In this document: positions 1 through 8,209 of the stretch, piece after piece | How the letters are laid out: each line of letters opens with the position of its first letter | Position numbering within the stretch: the first letter of the stretch is position 1 | Source: a virus | Taxonomy: Duplodnaviria; Caudoviricetes | IMG/VR virus record: IMGVR_UViG_3300036987_000305 | Coordinates: 1-61,949 of that record | Length of the DNA stretch: 61,949 nt | Reading direction: 5' to 3' (one strand) | Position numbers and translations under genes: made by a program | The notes under the pieces: generated by a model | What the model was told of the DNA's origin: nothing | Seen by the model: the letters and a program-made list of their open reading frames with translations, nothing else | Database searches by the model: none

Positions 1-127
1 CTGTACTCCGACTACAGCGCCAAGTGCGACGCTCTGCACGACGACTACAACGCCAAGTGCGACGCTCTGGACGACGACTACAACGCCAAGCGCGCCCCTC
101 TGTACTCCGACTACAGCGCCAAGCGCG
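1..127. repeat. Terminal direct repeat (identical to 61823-61949); contig is circular
   Basis: Exact 127-nt match between the two ends. A length of 127 is typical of a k=127 assembly overlap, and the ORF from 61484 runs in frame across the junction. Confidence 0.9.
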
Positions 128-396
128 ACGCTCTGTACTCCGACTACAGCGCCAAGCGCGCCCCTCTGCACGACGACTACAACGCCAAGTGCGACGCTCT
201 GGACGACGACTACAACGCCAAGCGCGCCCCTCTGGACGACGACTACAGCGCCAAGCGCGACGCTCTGTACGCCGCCTACAACGCCAAGCGCGCCCCTCTG
301 GACGACGACTACAGCGCCAAGCGCGACGCTCTGCGCGACGACTACAGCGCCAAGCGCGCCCCTCTGCACGACGACTACAACGCCAAGTGCGACGCT
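1..396 (+). repeat. 33-bp tandem repeat, 12 imperfect units (13 counting 61790-61822)
   Basis: Unit approximately ctg-(tac/cac/gac/cgc)-(tcc/gac/gcc)-gac-tac-(agc/aac)-gcc-aag-(tgc/cgc)-(gacgct/gcccct), read directly from the sequence. Confidence 0.95.
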
Positions 397-459
397 CTGG
401 CGGATTCACAATGGGATTTATTTATGGACCTGAAAAACCGCACCCCTCTTTGGGTGTGA
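1..459 (+). CDS. 3' part of the 11-aa (hendecad) repeat protein that starts at 61484; ~265 aa in total
   Basis: Frame 1 reads LYSDYSAKCDA-LHDDYNAKCDA-LDDDYNAKRAP... then ...WDLFMDLKNRTPLWV*, with TGA ending at 459. It is in frame with the ATG at 61484 across the overlap. Confidence 0.8.
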   Translation: MYSDYSAKCDALHDDYNAKCDALDDDYNAKRAPLYSDYSAKRDALYSDYSAKRAPLHDDYNAKCDALDDDYNAKRAPLDDDYSAKRDALYAAYNAKRAPLDDDYSAKRDALRDDYSAKRAPLHDDYNAKCDALADSQWDLFMDLKNRTPLWV

Positions 460-556
460 AATTTGCCCCAGGACGAACGATCCCCCCGTGAGACGACCCC
501 TAGGTCGTCTCATAGCCTGATAATCGATCCTGAGCCAACCTCGAAAGGAAAACGCC

Positions 557-733
557 ATGAATGACAGAATAGACAGATCCACTTTTGCCGGATTCAAAAA
601 CTACTGGTCCGCACGCCCGGGATATTTTCAGGAAGTCTACCATCGCCCCTTCGACCCAGCCACCGCCCGCGCCGCCTTCCGTGACGCCATGGCTATAAAC
701 TGGCCCTTATTGGGAAGGAGGCTGACGCAATGA
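557..733 (+). CDS. Small hypothetical early protein (58 aa)
   Basis: GAAAGGA RBS before the ATG; MNDRIDRSTFAGFKNYW...; ATGA overlap with the next ORF. Confidence 0.6.
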   Translation: MNDRIDRSTFAGFKNYWSARPGYFQEVYHRPFDPATARAAFRDAMAINWPLLGRRLTQ

Positions 734-825
734 GCTATCTACTCACCTTACTCGCCCTGGCGGTCCTGATTCTGATCCTATTATGGCCCCCCAAACCGCC
801 CACCAACACAAGCAGAACAAGATGA
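730..825 (+). CDS. Small membrane peptide (31 aa)
   Basis: GGAGG RBS; MSYLLTLLALAVLILILLWPPK... hydrophobic helix. Confidence 0.5.
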   Translation: MSYLLTLLALAVLILILLWPPKPPTNTSRTR

Positions 826-862
826 AATCGAACGCGAAAACCGGATTCAGCACCTGTAAACG

Positions 863-897
863 AAAACGGGGAAGGCGCAAGCCCTCCCCGTTTTTTA
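863..897. terminator. Bidirectional intrinsic terminator between the convergent early and RNR blocks
   Basis: aaaacgggga-aggcgcaagccc-tccccgtttttt: GC hairpin with an A tract before and a T tract after. Confidence 0.8.
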
Positions 898-957
898 TTG
901 CCCGTCGACACGTTTACCCCGCATGTCCGCGCCGTGGACATGACCACGACACGCAGC

Positions 958-2982
958 CTACCCGCACTCGCTAAATCCGCACGACCGGCACACAACGCAA
1001 CCCCCCTCGTGCTCGATCTTCCCCCCGCACTCCTTGCACGCCCCGTTCACCAAAACCTTCGGCTCAGGCAATTCCTCCGCCTCACCCTTCTCTTCAAGAT
1101 ACTGCCGAATCGCCTTGGACACCGCATCCGCGCATGACTTAACCCTGCGTTCGCCCATGCCGCAATGAGAATGACAAGATATATCGGACAGCTGCTTCAA
1201 AGTCTCCTTCGCGGAGATTCCATACCGCCACGCCATCGACACCATCCGCCCGATAGCCTGGGACTGCGAATCCGCGCATCCCCCCGCTTTGCCTATGGTG
1301 GCAAACAGCTCGCATGGCCCCAACTCATCACTGTTGATCGTGATATAAATCGACCCGCAGCCAGTTTGCTGCTTAAACGTCCGGCCCGGAAGCACCGAAG
1401 GGCGATGCCGAACCGGCTCACTCAGTGCGACGGATACGCGACCGCGAAGCGGTTCTGTCCGCAGCACCTGATTATCCCTCGACCCATCCCTGTACACCGT
1501 AACCCCCTTACAGTCCAGCGCATACGCCAGATCGAAGACCCGCTTTACGTCCTCTCTTGTGGCGTCATGAGGCAAGTTAACAGTTTTGCTAACTGCGTTA
1601 TCAGTATACATCTGGAACGCGTCCTGCATTCTCACGTGATACTCAGGGCTTACATCATGCGCCGTCCGCAGGAACTCGCTGGTGTTCTTCTCCCCAAGCT
1701 GAGCGTCGTCCATTACATTCTTCGTAAAACTCGCAGCGAATATAGGTTCTATCCCAGACGAACACCCCGCGATTATCGATAACGTCCCCGTCGGTGCGAT
1801 AGTTGTCACTGTCGCGTTCCGGCGCCCCGGAAGCGTAGAGCAGTTTGGGTAAAGCCCCCGGACAACCCCAAGCCGCGCCGATTCTTCCAACGCCCAGTGC
1901 CTGACGCTCTGCATCACCTCCCCCGCCAGCTGCAAAGCTTGCTCCGAATCATACTTGACCCCCAGCTGAATCAGCATATCCGCAAAGCCCATAACCCCAA
2001 GGCCAATCTTCCGGTTCCCTTTTGTAACCTCTTCGATTTCAGGCAAAGGATACTTGTTAACATCGATGACGTTGTCCAAAAAGCGAACCGCGATCTTCAC
2101 CACTTCCTCCAACCGGCACCAGTCTATTTTACGCCCGAATACCATCTTGCCCAGATTTATTGAGCCGAGATTACATGACTCGTACGGAAGCAAAGGTTGC
2201 TCCCCGCATGGATTGGTTGCCTCGTAAGATCCAATACTTGGCGTGGGATTAAATTGGTTCATCCGATCAATAAATACCACCCCCGGCTCCCCGCTCTCCC
2301 ATGCATGGTCCACAATCAGGCTCCAAACTTCATTGGCGTCCAGATCCCCCACCACGGCCCAGGTGTGTGGATTGACCAAGCCATACCTACTCCCGGACCC
2401 CACCGCAGTCATAAAATCATCAGTAATTCCAATGGAAAGATTGAAATTGGTAAGCGCAGTCGGATCCTCTTTGGCCTTTATGAACTCGACTATGTCCGGG
2501 TGATCCACCCGAAGCATCCCCATATTCGCTCCGCGCCGGGTGCCCCCCTGCTTGATAGCTTCAGTAGCCGCGTTGAAGACACCCATAAACGACACGGGGC
2601 CGCTGGACACCCCCGAAGTCGTCTTCACGAGGTCGTTCTTCGGCCGCAGCCTGGAGAACGAAAACCCGGTCCCACCGCCGCTCTTGTGGATAAGCGCTGT
2701 CTGCTTAATCGCCTCGAATATCTCGGGGATACTGTCCCCGACCGGCAACACGAAGCAAGCTGCCAGTTGACCTAACTCCCGGCCGGCGTTCATGAGCGTA
2801 GGAGAGTTGGGCAGGAATTCCAAGCTGTCCATTACTTCGTAGAACGATCGTTCTGCTTCTGCCGGCCTTTCATCCACCGACGCAATGGCGTGGGCCACGC
2901 GCCGAAACATCCCCTCCGGAGTCTCCCCATCCTTCAAGTACCTCTTCTCCAAGACCTTTCTCGCGTTTTCAGACAGTTCCAT
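958..2982 (-). CDS. nrdJ: Adenosylcobalamin-dependent (class II) ribonucleotide reductase with C-terminal TSCPD/Zn-ribbon domain
   Basis: PNSPTLMNAG, LAACFVL, GGTRRGANM, TNPCGEQPL, TIAPTGT, KGVTVYRDGSR and terminal CxxC pairs. No beta-subunit gene nearby. Confidence 0.92.
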   Translation of the reverse strand: MELSENARKVLEKRYLKDGETPEGMFRRVAHAIASVDERPAEAERSFYEVMDSLEFLPNSPTLMNAGRELGQLAACFVLPVGDSIPEIFEAIKQTALIHKSGGGTGFSFSRLRPKNDLVKTTSGVSSGPVSFMGVFNAATEAIKQGGTRRGANMGMLRVDHPDIVEFIKAKEDPTALTNFNLSIGITDDFMTAVGSGSRYGLVNPHTWAVVGDLDANEVWSLIVDHAWESGEPGVVFIDRMNQFNPTPSIGSYEATNPCGEQPLLPYESCNLGSINLGKMVFGRKIDWCRLEEVVKIAVRFLDNVIDVNKYPLPEIEEVTKGNRKIGLGVMGFADMLIQLGVKYDSEQALQLAGEVMQSVRHWALEESARLGVVRGLYPNCSTLPGRRNATVTTIAPTGTLSIIAGCSSGIEPIFAASFTKNVMDDAQLGEKNTSEFLRTAHDVSPEYHVRMQDAFQMYTDNAVSKTVNLPHDATREDVKRVFDLAYALDCKGVTVYRDGSRDNQVLRTEPLRGRVSVALSEPVRHRPSVLPGRTFKQQTGCGSIYITINSDELGPCELFATIGKAGGCADSQSQAIGRMVSMAWRYGISAKETLKQLSDISCHSHCGMGERRVKSCADAVSKAIRQYLEEKGEAEELPEPKVLVNGACKECGGKIEHEGGCVVCRSCGFSECG

Positions 2983-3406
2983 TCTTTTCTCCTTTCATAA
3001 CCACGGTATGCAAATACGCCATCGCGTTAAAGATTATCGCACAGCACGTCTCCTTGAGCTCGCACTCCCGCATGGGCTCGATGCCTCGGTCCAAGGCCGC
3101 GAGATCGAGCACATGCCGCACCAGCGACTCCACAACCTCATCCAGCGGAAATCCCCCCGCGCCATCGGACCCTTTCCAATTGTCAAATTCCCGCATCGAT
3201 CCATCCGCCTGCTTCTGGTGCCTCCGCATGTACCTGGCATACTCGAACATGGCCGGAAGGCTGAGCATCTTCACCCAATCGATCCTGGTCGTATCATTAT
3301 TCCTTGTGGCTCCTGTGCTAAACGCCCTATTCAAAGCCTGCCCACGGATGACCCCCATCTTCCCGGGCTCCGCTTCGTTCCCGTCTTTATCAGTCACACC
3401 ATGCAT
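2969..3406 (-). CDS. dATP/dGTP diphosphohydrolase-like (DUF5664-type) protein
   Basis: FSTGATR...DNWKG...ESLVRH...CAIIFNAMAYLH pattern; lies next to the RNR. Confidence 0.6.
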   Translation of the reverse strand: MHGVTDKDGNEAEPGKMGVIRGQALNRAFSTGATRNNDTTRIDWVKMLSLPAMFEYARYMRRHQKQADGSMREFDNWKGSDGAGGFPLDEVVESLVRHVLDLAALDRGIEPMRECELKETCCAIIFNAMAYLHTVVMKGEKNGTV

Positions 3407-3875
3407 TGTCGTCTTCTCCTTTCCCGTAGTGGGCGATCAGCAGCGCTTCCGCCCGATTGTGATCCTTCGCTCGCGCAAGATACTTTGCCGCGGCCGGGTA
3501 CAACCTCCTGGCCAGCGTCAAGCTGTATGCCTTGCTCTCCTGCTTCCGCTTGGCCGCGGCCTGCCCAAGCACCTTGGCCGGATAACCCAGACACTTCTTC
3601 CAAACTGCCGGTCTTACTATCCGCACTGGCCACCCTCGCGCAGCGAGTGTAGCCAGCCAGATTCCATAGTTCACTCCGAGCGCAAAGGTACTCGATACCC
3701 CTTGCATCGGCATTGACTGCTGGTATTCCAGAATCGCCACCGTGGGCACTGAGATCTTTCGAACGATCTCCTGGAGTGCACGCTCGTCTCCCGGGTAATC
3801 AAAAATCTCCACCTCGGATCCATTCCTTAAAATTGCAATCGCGCCTGTTTGCCCGGGATCGATTCCGATGATCAT
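3390..3875 (-). CDS. RuvC-like Holliday junction resolvase
   Basis: MIIGIDPGQTGAIA, ILEYQ, STFALGVNYG, VRPAVWKK, AEALLIA; AAGGAGG RBS before the ATG at 3875. Confidence 0.85.
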   Translation of the reverse strand: MIIGIDPGQTGAIAILRNGSEVEIFDYPGDERALQEIVRKISVPTVAILEYQQSMPMQGVSSTFALGVNYGIWLATLAARGWPVRIVRPAVWKKCLGYPAKVLGQAAAKRKQESKAYSLTLARRLYPAAAKYLARAKDHNRAEALLIAHYGKGEDDNAWCD

Positions 3876-3940
3876 TTTTCTTTCCTCCTTCGCTCCAGGG
3901 GTAAAAATAAAAGTTAATCGGTTTTTTCCAACATCTGGGA

Positions 3941-4045
3941 TGGGGGTGCATAAGTGCATCCTCTAGGAGGATGCACCTTCATGCACCCCCCTGAGTCCGC
4001 GGTGCATTTTGGGGGGTGCATAGGGGTGCATTTCGGTGCATTTTC
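3941..4045. repeat. Cluster of about 8 (G)GTGCA/TGCAC motifs with ~10-bp phasing; candidate replication origin
   Basis: tgggggtgca, aagtgcatc, atgcacc, atgcaccccc, ggtgcatttt, ggggggtgca, taggggtgca, tttcggtgca in non-coding DNA directly downstream of the primase-helicase. Confidence 0.6.
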
Positions 4046-4072
4046 ACTTTTTGAGCACCTCATATACTCCCT

Positions 4073-5923
4073 CTAATCGTCGTTACTAACTCTGTTTAGC
4101 CACACTAACCCCTCCTCTACTGAAATTGCACCCACCTTCTGTAATTTTGCCCTCGTTCTCTTAAAAGCCGACTCTTTTGCGTTATCCGTAATATTTCCCA
4201 AATTAGCGTAAAAATCAGCCTTCCAATCATTAACTTTTATTTTATCCACCCCCGCCGCGCTGATCGTCATCCGGAGACAATCGAACGATAATCTCTCCTG
4301 CTTCGACAGTTTTACTGTCTTCATTACCGCGTCCAAAGCCGACGGAACCGGAACCGCGGAGCCCACTCCGAACTCTATCTCGACGTTCAGAAGGTCAAAT
4401 CCGAAAGGTTCGGGGAGCTCCCCATCTTTCTGCTTCGTGAAGGACACGACGCCTGGGCGTACTTGGATTTCGAAGTCCATCGCGGCTTTGAGGGCCGACG
4501 ACCCCCGCCCCATCTCAATCTGCTTCTTCCCCGAGTGATGCACGATGAGCATGACGCACTGAAAGGCGTCCTTGATATAGTCCACTGCGTTTATGAACGC
4601 GCCGATGTCCTTGGCGCTGTTCTCGTCCGCAGTCCCGGGGAGATGCCTGGCGAGAGTGTCTATGATTATCAGGGAGGGTTTCCCATATTCGATGGACATC
4701 TGCTCGATTTCCTGGCGCATTTTCTCCGCGGATTTCGCGTCGAACTCTATACGGGAGCGGGACACGCGAACTTTCCCAGGTTCTGCTTTGATATCGTGGT
4801 GCTTCAGCCAGGCTTTGATGCGGCGCGGGATTCCCTTCTGCCCTTCACCGGCAAGATAGAAGACCGGCCCGGGCTTGGAGACATCGTTGTTCAGCCAGGC
4901 TGTGCGGTATGCGACGGAGAGCGCGAGGGCGATCGCGAGGAAGGATTTCCCGGCGGAGGATTCGCCGAACATAAGGCCTGTGGCGGGTGTTTCTATGAGG
5001 CTGTCGATGAGGTAGTCTACGGTGATGTGTTGGGAGAGGAGGTCAAAGACATCAATGAATAGGGATCGCGGAGCTTTGGGGTGGATCGGTACGGGTGCCG
5101 CTTCTAAGTCCGCGAGCTGGGTGTCCGTGAGGGGCGGGAAAGCAAGTTCCGGGTTGGAGATTCCCGGGGGGTTGGAGCCGTAGTGGTACCCGTTGGCGGC
5201 GATGCGTGCGAGTGACTCGAAGCGATCATTGGGTTCGCAGCGGGGGTACCAGTGGGCGAGCATGAGCTGTATGGCGGTATCACAGGATACACCGTAGTCC
5301 TTGGTCTGAGCGGCGACACGATAAATGTGGTCATTACCACCCTCCCCCATCAGCGCGGGCGGGGCAAGCGATAGAAACTTGGTTGCCAGGTCGATAGCGG
5401 TGGGGGTGTCGTAGACGAATCCGGGGACGGGTGCGGCCTTTTCCCGTATAGAGGGGAGGCCGACGATGGATGTGAGCCAATCAGGGCAGTCCGCGATAGG
5501 GTGATCGGCGGCGATTGCGTAGCCGGGGGAGCAGGGGGCAACGACGAATCCGCCCTCGCCGCGGGTGTCGAGTCCAACGCCGAGCTTGTCGGAAGCTGAA
5601 TTCTTGACGGCCCCGTGGTAATAGAGATGGTATCCTCCGGATACTGTGCGAACCCGCAGAGTGGGCGGGAGGACGTAGCCATTGGAAATCAGGAGGTCGT
5701 CGAGATTGTCCTCGGCGACGTCGCACTTCCCGGAGTCCACGTCAAGCACTGCGAGATTGGATTTCCCGCAGTCGATGCCCCATCCGCAGTTTGGGAACTT
5801 TGCTTTCCAGTTACGGATAGTAGTGAGGTCGGTCGAGGATTCTGCCCGCCATTTCACGAAGGGCGTCTTCCCTTTGAGAGGGAACAGGTGGAACCCACGC
5901 GCAATAAGGTCTTCAGGACCCAT
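4073..5923 (-). CDS. Bifunctional DNA primase/polymerase fused to an AAA_25/RepA-like helicase
   Basis: N-terminal WGIDCG, VLDVD, RTVSGGYHLYY, DTRGEGGFVVAP; C-terminal Walker A GESSAGKS, Walker B IIIDTL, HHSGK, RGSSAL. Confidence 0.9.
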   Translation of the reverse strand: MGPEDLIARGFHLFPLKGKTPFVKWRAESSTDLTTIRNWKAKFPNCGWGIDCGKSNLAVLDVDSGKCDVAEDNLDDLLISNGYVLPPTLRVRTVSGGYHLYYHGAVKNSASDKLGVGLDTRGEGGFVVAPCSPGYAIAADHPIADCPDWLTSIVGLPSIREKAAPVPGFVYDTPTAIDLATKFLSLAPPALMGEGGNDHIYRVAAQTKDYGVSCDTAIQLMLAHWYPRCEPNDRFESLARIAANGYHYGSNPPGISNPELAFPPLTDTQLADLEAAPVPIHPKAPRSLFIDVFDLLSQHITVDYLIDSLIETPATGLMFGESSAGKSFLAIALALSVAYRTAWLNNDVSKPGPVFYLAGEGQKGIPRRIKAWLKHHDIKAEPGKVRVSRSRIEFDAKSAEKMRQEIEQMSIEYGKPSLIIIDTLARHLPGTADENSAKDIGAFINAVDYIKDAFQCVMLIVHHSGKKQIEMGRGSSALKAAMDFEIQVRPGVVSFTKQKDGELPEPFGFDLLNVEIEFGVGSAVPVPSALDAVMKTVKLSKQERLSFDCLRMTISAAGVDKIKVNDWKADFYANLGNITDNAKESAFKRTRAKLQKVGAISVEEGLVWLNRVSNDD

Positions 5924-5960
5924 AGGTGTGTCTCCTTAATCGAGCGATGTGCTCCAAGTA

Positions 5961-6161
5961 TTAAATAAGGTCCTTCGGGTTCACCTGTAGGACTTCGGCG
6001 ACCTTGTGAATATCCTCGGCGGTCCAGGATCCGTTGGATATTTTCCAGTAGAGCCCTTGCCGGGAGATCCCGAGTCTTTCGGCGAGAGCGGCTATCGTGG
6101 ACTCTTTGTCCAGCAGAATATGCTTAATCTTGAGCCCGACGGCTTTTGGGTCGAATGGCAT
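5961..6161 (-). CDS. Small Cro/CI-like helix-turn-helix regulator
   Basis: TIAALAERLGISRQGLYWKI HTH; GGAGG RBS; first gene after the divergent promoter. Confidence 0.8.
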   Translation of the reverse strand: MPFDPKAVGLKIKHILLDKESTIAALAERLGISRQGLYWKISNGSWTAEDIHKVAEVLQVNPKDLI

Positions 6162-6190
6162 AAGTGCACCTCCGTGTGGTTTTGAGGGGG

Positions 6191-6296
6191 AGTGTACAGT
6201 AGGAACAGTGTTATGTCAAGAAATATTATATGTAAAATAGGGGGGATGAATATTATGAAAATATTTCTTGACAAAGGGGGAGTCTTGGTGTAGATA
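6191..6296. promoter_or_regulatory. Divergent sigma70-type promoter pair with a 14-bp inverted repeat
   Basis: Minus strand TTGACA(6219-6214)-17-TACACT; plus strand TTGACA(6268-6273)-17-TAGATA. tgtcaagaaatatt and aatatttcttgaca are perfect inverted repeats. Confidence 0.75.
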
Positions 6297-6325
6297 GTAA
6301 GCGCATTTAGCGGAGAGGAGGATTT

Positions 6326-8209
6326 ATGATTCCAGTACCAGCCGGTCTTGAATATTTGCCCTACCAGGTCGAAGGGATAGAATTCGCTCGAAGCAGGAAG
6401 TCTGTCCTCTTTGGTGATGAGATGGGTTTGGGTAAGACCGTGGAAGCCATCGGGGTGATCAACTGTACCCCGGGGATAAACTCGGTGCTCGTTGTATGCC
6501 CGGCCACGCTGCGGCTGAACTGGCGCCGGGAGCTGGATAAATGGCTGGTGCGGGAAGTCGAGAGCGTTGTGATCAACTACGATCAGCTGCACAAGCTGGA
6601 CAGGAGCAGAAGCTATGATATTTGCATCCTGGATGAATGCACTTACATAAAAAACAAGAGCTCGAAGCGCTCACGGCTTTGCAGGGGGATTCGCGCGAGG
6701 AGGAAGCTGGCCTTGAGCGGTACACCTATCCTGAATAGACCCGCGGAACTGTGGCATATTCTGCACTGGTTGGCCCCGGATAAATGGCCGCTGTCCTCGT
6801 GGATGAAATTTACGCTGCGGTTTTGCGGGGCGTATCGGCGGTGGATAGGGCGGAAGCAGATCTGGGACGTCAGTGGTGCGACACATCTCGATGAGCTGCG
6901 TGAATTGCTGGCTCCGCTGATGATTCGCAGGCTGAAGCGAGATGTGCTGAAGGAGCTCCCGGAGAAGTTTCACCAGCTGATCGAATTGCCGATCGACGGA
7001 ATGACCGGGGAGCTGAAGAGGAAGATCGCGGAAGTGAACAGGGTGGTCTCCGCGATGGATACCCAGTACGCGCAGGACGTGGCGAAGCTGGAGGGGGCGC
7101 TGTCCGTTGTGTGGGAGGAGATGGCCCAGCTCCGGCACCAGGTCGGCCTGGAGAAGGTTCCGATGGCTGTGGAGCTGATCCGGGACGCGCTGGAAAGCGG
7201 GGAGAAAGTCGTTGTGTTTGCACATCATCGGGATGTGATCGCGTCGCTGAAAGCCGCGCTGAACGACTTCGGGCCGGTAGTTGTACACGGGTCGGTGTCG
7301 CCGGAGAATCGGCAGCTGGCAGTGGATCTGTTTCAGCACGACAGTCATGTCCGCGTATTCATCGGGCAGATCCAGGCCGCGGGGGTAGGTATCACCTTGA
7401 CAGCGGCTTCACATGTCGTGTTCGTGGAGTCCGATTGGACGCCCGGGGTGATGAGCCAGGCGGAGGACAGGTGCCATCGGATCGGCCAGAAGGATAGCGT
7501 ACTGGTCCAGACTCTGGTACTGGAGAACAGCTTGGACGCGAGAATGGCCAAAACGTTACTGAAGAAGCAGCGGATCATTGAACTTGTGCTCGACGTAGCA
7601 CCCAAAGAAGAGAAAGGAGAAGAAGAAATGATTGAAGAGAAACTGGAAAGAATCGCCGTGGCGTTGGAGAAAATCGCGGGATGGGAGGTGCTGGTTCAGA
7701 AAATCCCCCCGACATCCGAGCAGTTCGCGGCCCAGAAGGCCCCGGTATGCTGCCCGGAGACGGCAGCGGCGTCCTGCACGCAATCTTGCGGCGTTGCACC
7801 AGGGGAATCGGCGCCGGCATGCTGCCCGAAGACGGCGGCGGTGAAAGCGGATGATGGGCGGGAGGAAGTGAAAGCAGCGCTTCGGGCCAAGGGAATCAAG
7901 TTCAAGGATGCGGCGAGGACCGAGACGTTGCAGAAGCTGCTGGCGGATGCGGTTGTTGCGGTAATTCCGGATCCGGCGCCTGCTGATCCCGTTACGGCTG
8001 AGACGGACGATATCCTCGGCGAGGACCCGAAGAAACCGGCCACGAAGGACGATGTCCGAGCCGCGCTGATCGCGCTGTCGGCGGCGAAGGGGAAGGACGA
8101 GGCGCTGGGGCTCCTGAAGGCCATCGGAAAAGTGGATAAACTTTCCGACGTGGATCCTATTTACTATGGCGCGCTGCTCGATGCGTGCAAGGTGAGAGGA
8201 GTGGCGTAA
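6326..8209 (+). CDS. SNF2/HARP-like helicase with an in-frame C-terminal extension that resembles a separate phage protein
   Basis: DEMGLGKT, ILDECT, SGTPILNRPAEL, GVGITLTAA, QAEDRCHRIGQ. An internal AAAGGAGA plus ATG at 7628 begins an unrelated ~190-aa region. Confidence 0.88.
   Translation: MIPVPAGLEYLPYQVEGIEFARSRKSVLFGDEMGLGKTVEAIGVINCTPGINSVLVVCPATLRLNWRRELDKWLVREVESVVINYDQLHKLDRSRSYDICILDECTYIKNKSSKRSRLCRGIRARRKLALSGTPILNRPAELWHILHWLAPDKWPLSSWMKFTLRFCGAYRRWIGRKQIWDVSGATHLDELRELLAPLMIRRLKRDVLKELPEKFHQLIELPIDGMTGELKRKIAEVNRVVSAMDTQYAQDVAKLEGALSVVWEEMAQLRHQVGLEKVPMAVELIRDALESGEKVVVFAHHRDVIASLKAALNDFGPVVVHGSVSPENRQLAVDLFQHDSHVRVFIGQIQAAGVGITLTAASHVVFVESDWTPGVMSQAEDRCHRIGQKDSVLVQTLVLENSLDARMAKTLLKKQRIIELVLDVAPKEEKGEEEMIEEKLERIAVALEKIAGWEVLVQKIPPTSEQFAAQKAPVCCPETAAASCTQSCGVAPGESAPACCPKTAAVKADDGREEVKAALRAKGIKFKDAARTETLQKLLADAVVAVIPDPAPADPVTAETDDILGEDPKKPATKDDVRAALIALSAAKGKDEALGLLKAIGKVDKLSDVDPIYYGALLDACKVRGVA

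Noticed and set aside
1-396. CRISPR array or DGR template/variable repeat
   Set aside because: Units are contiguous with no unique spacers, variation is not adenine-specific, and no reverse transcriptase or cas genes are present.
24-491. 155-aa Arg-rich ORF (RRLQRQARPS repeats) in the ORF track
   Set aside because: Alternative frame of the 33-bp repeat. The frame with an RBS and start is frame 1, continuing from 61484.
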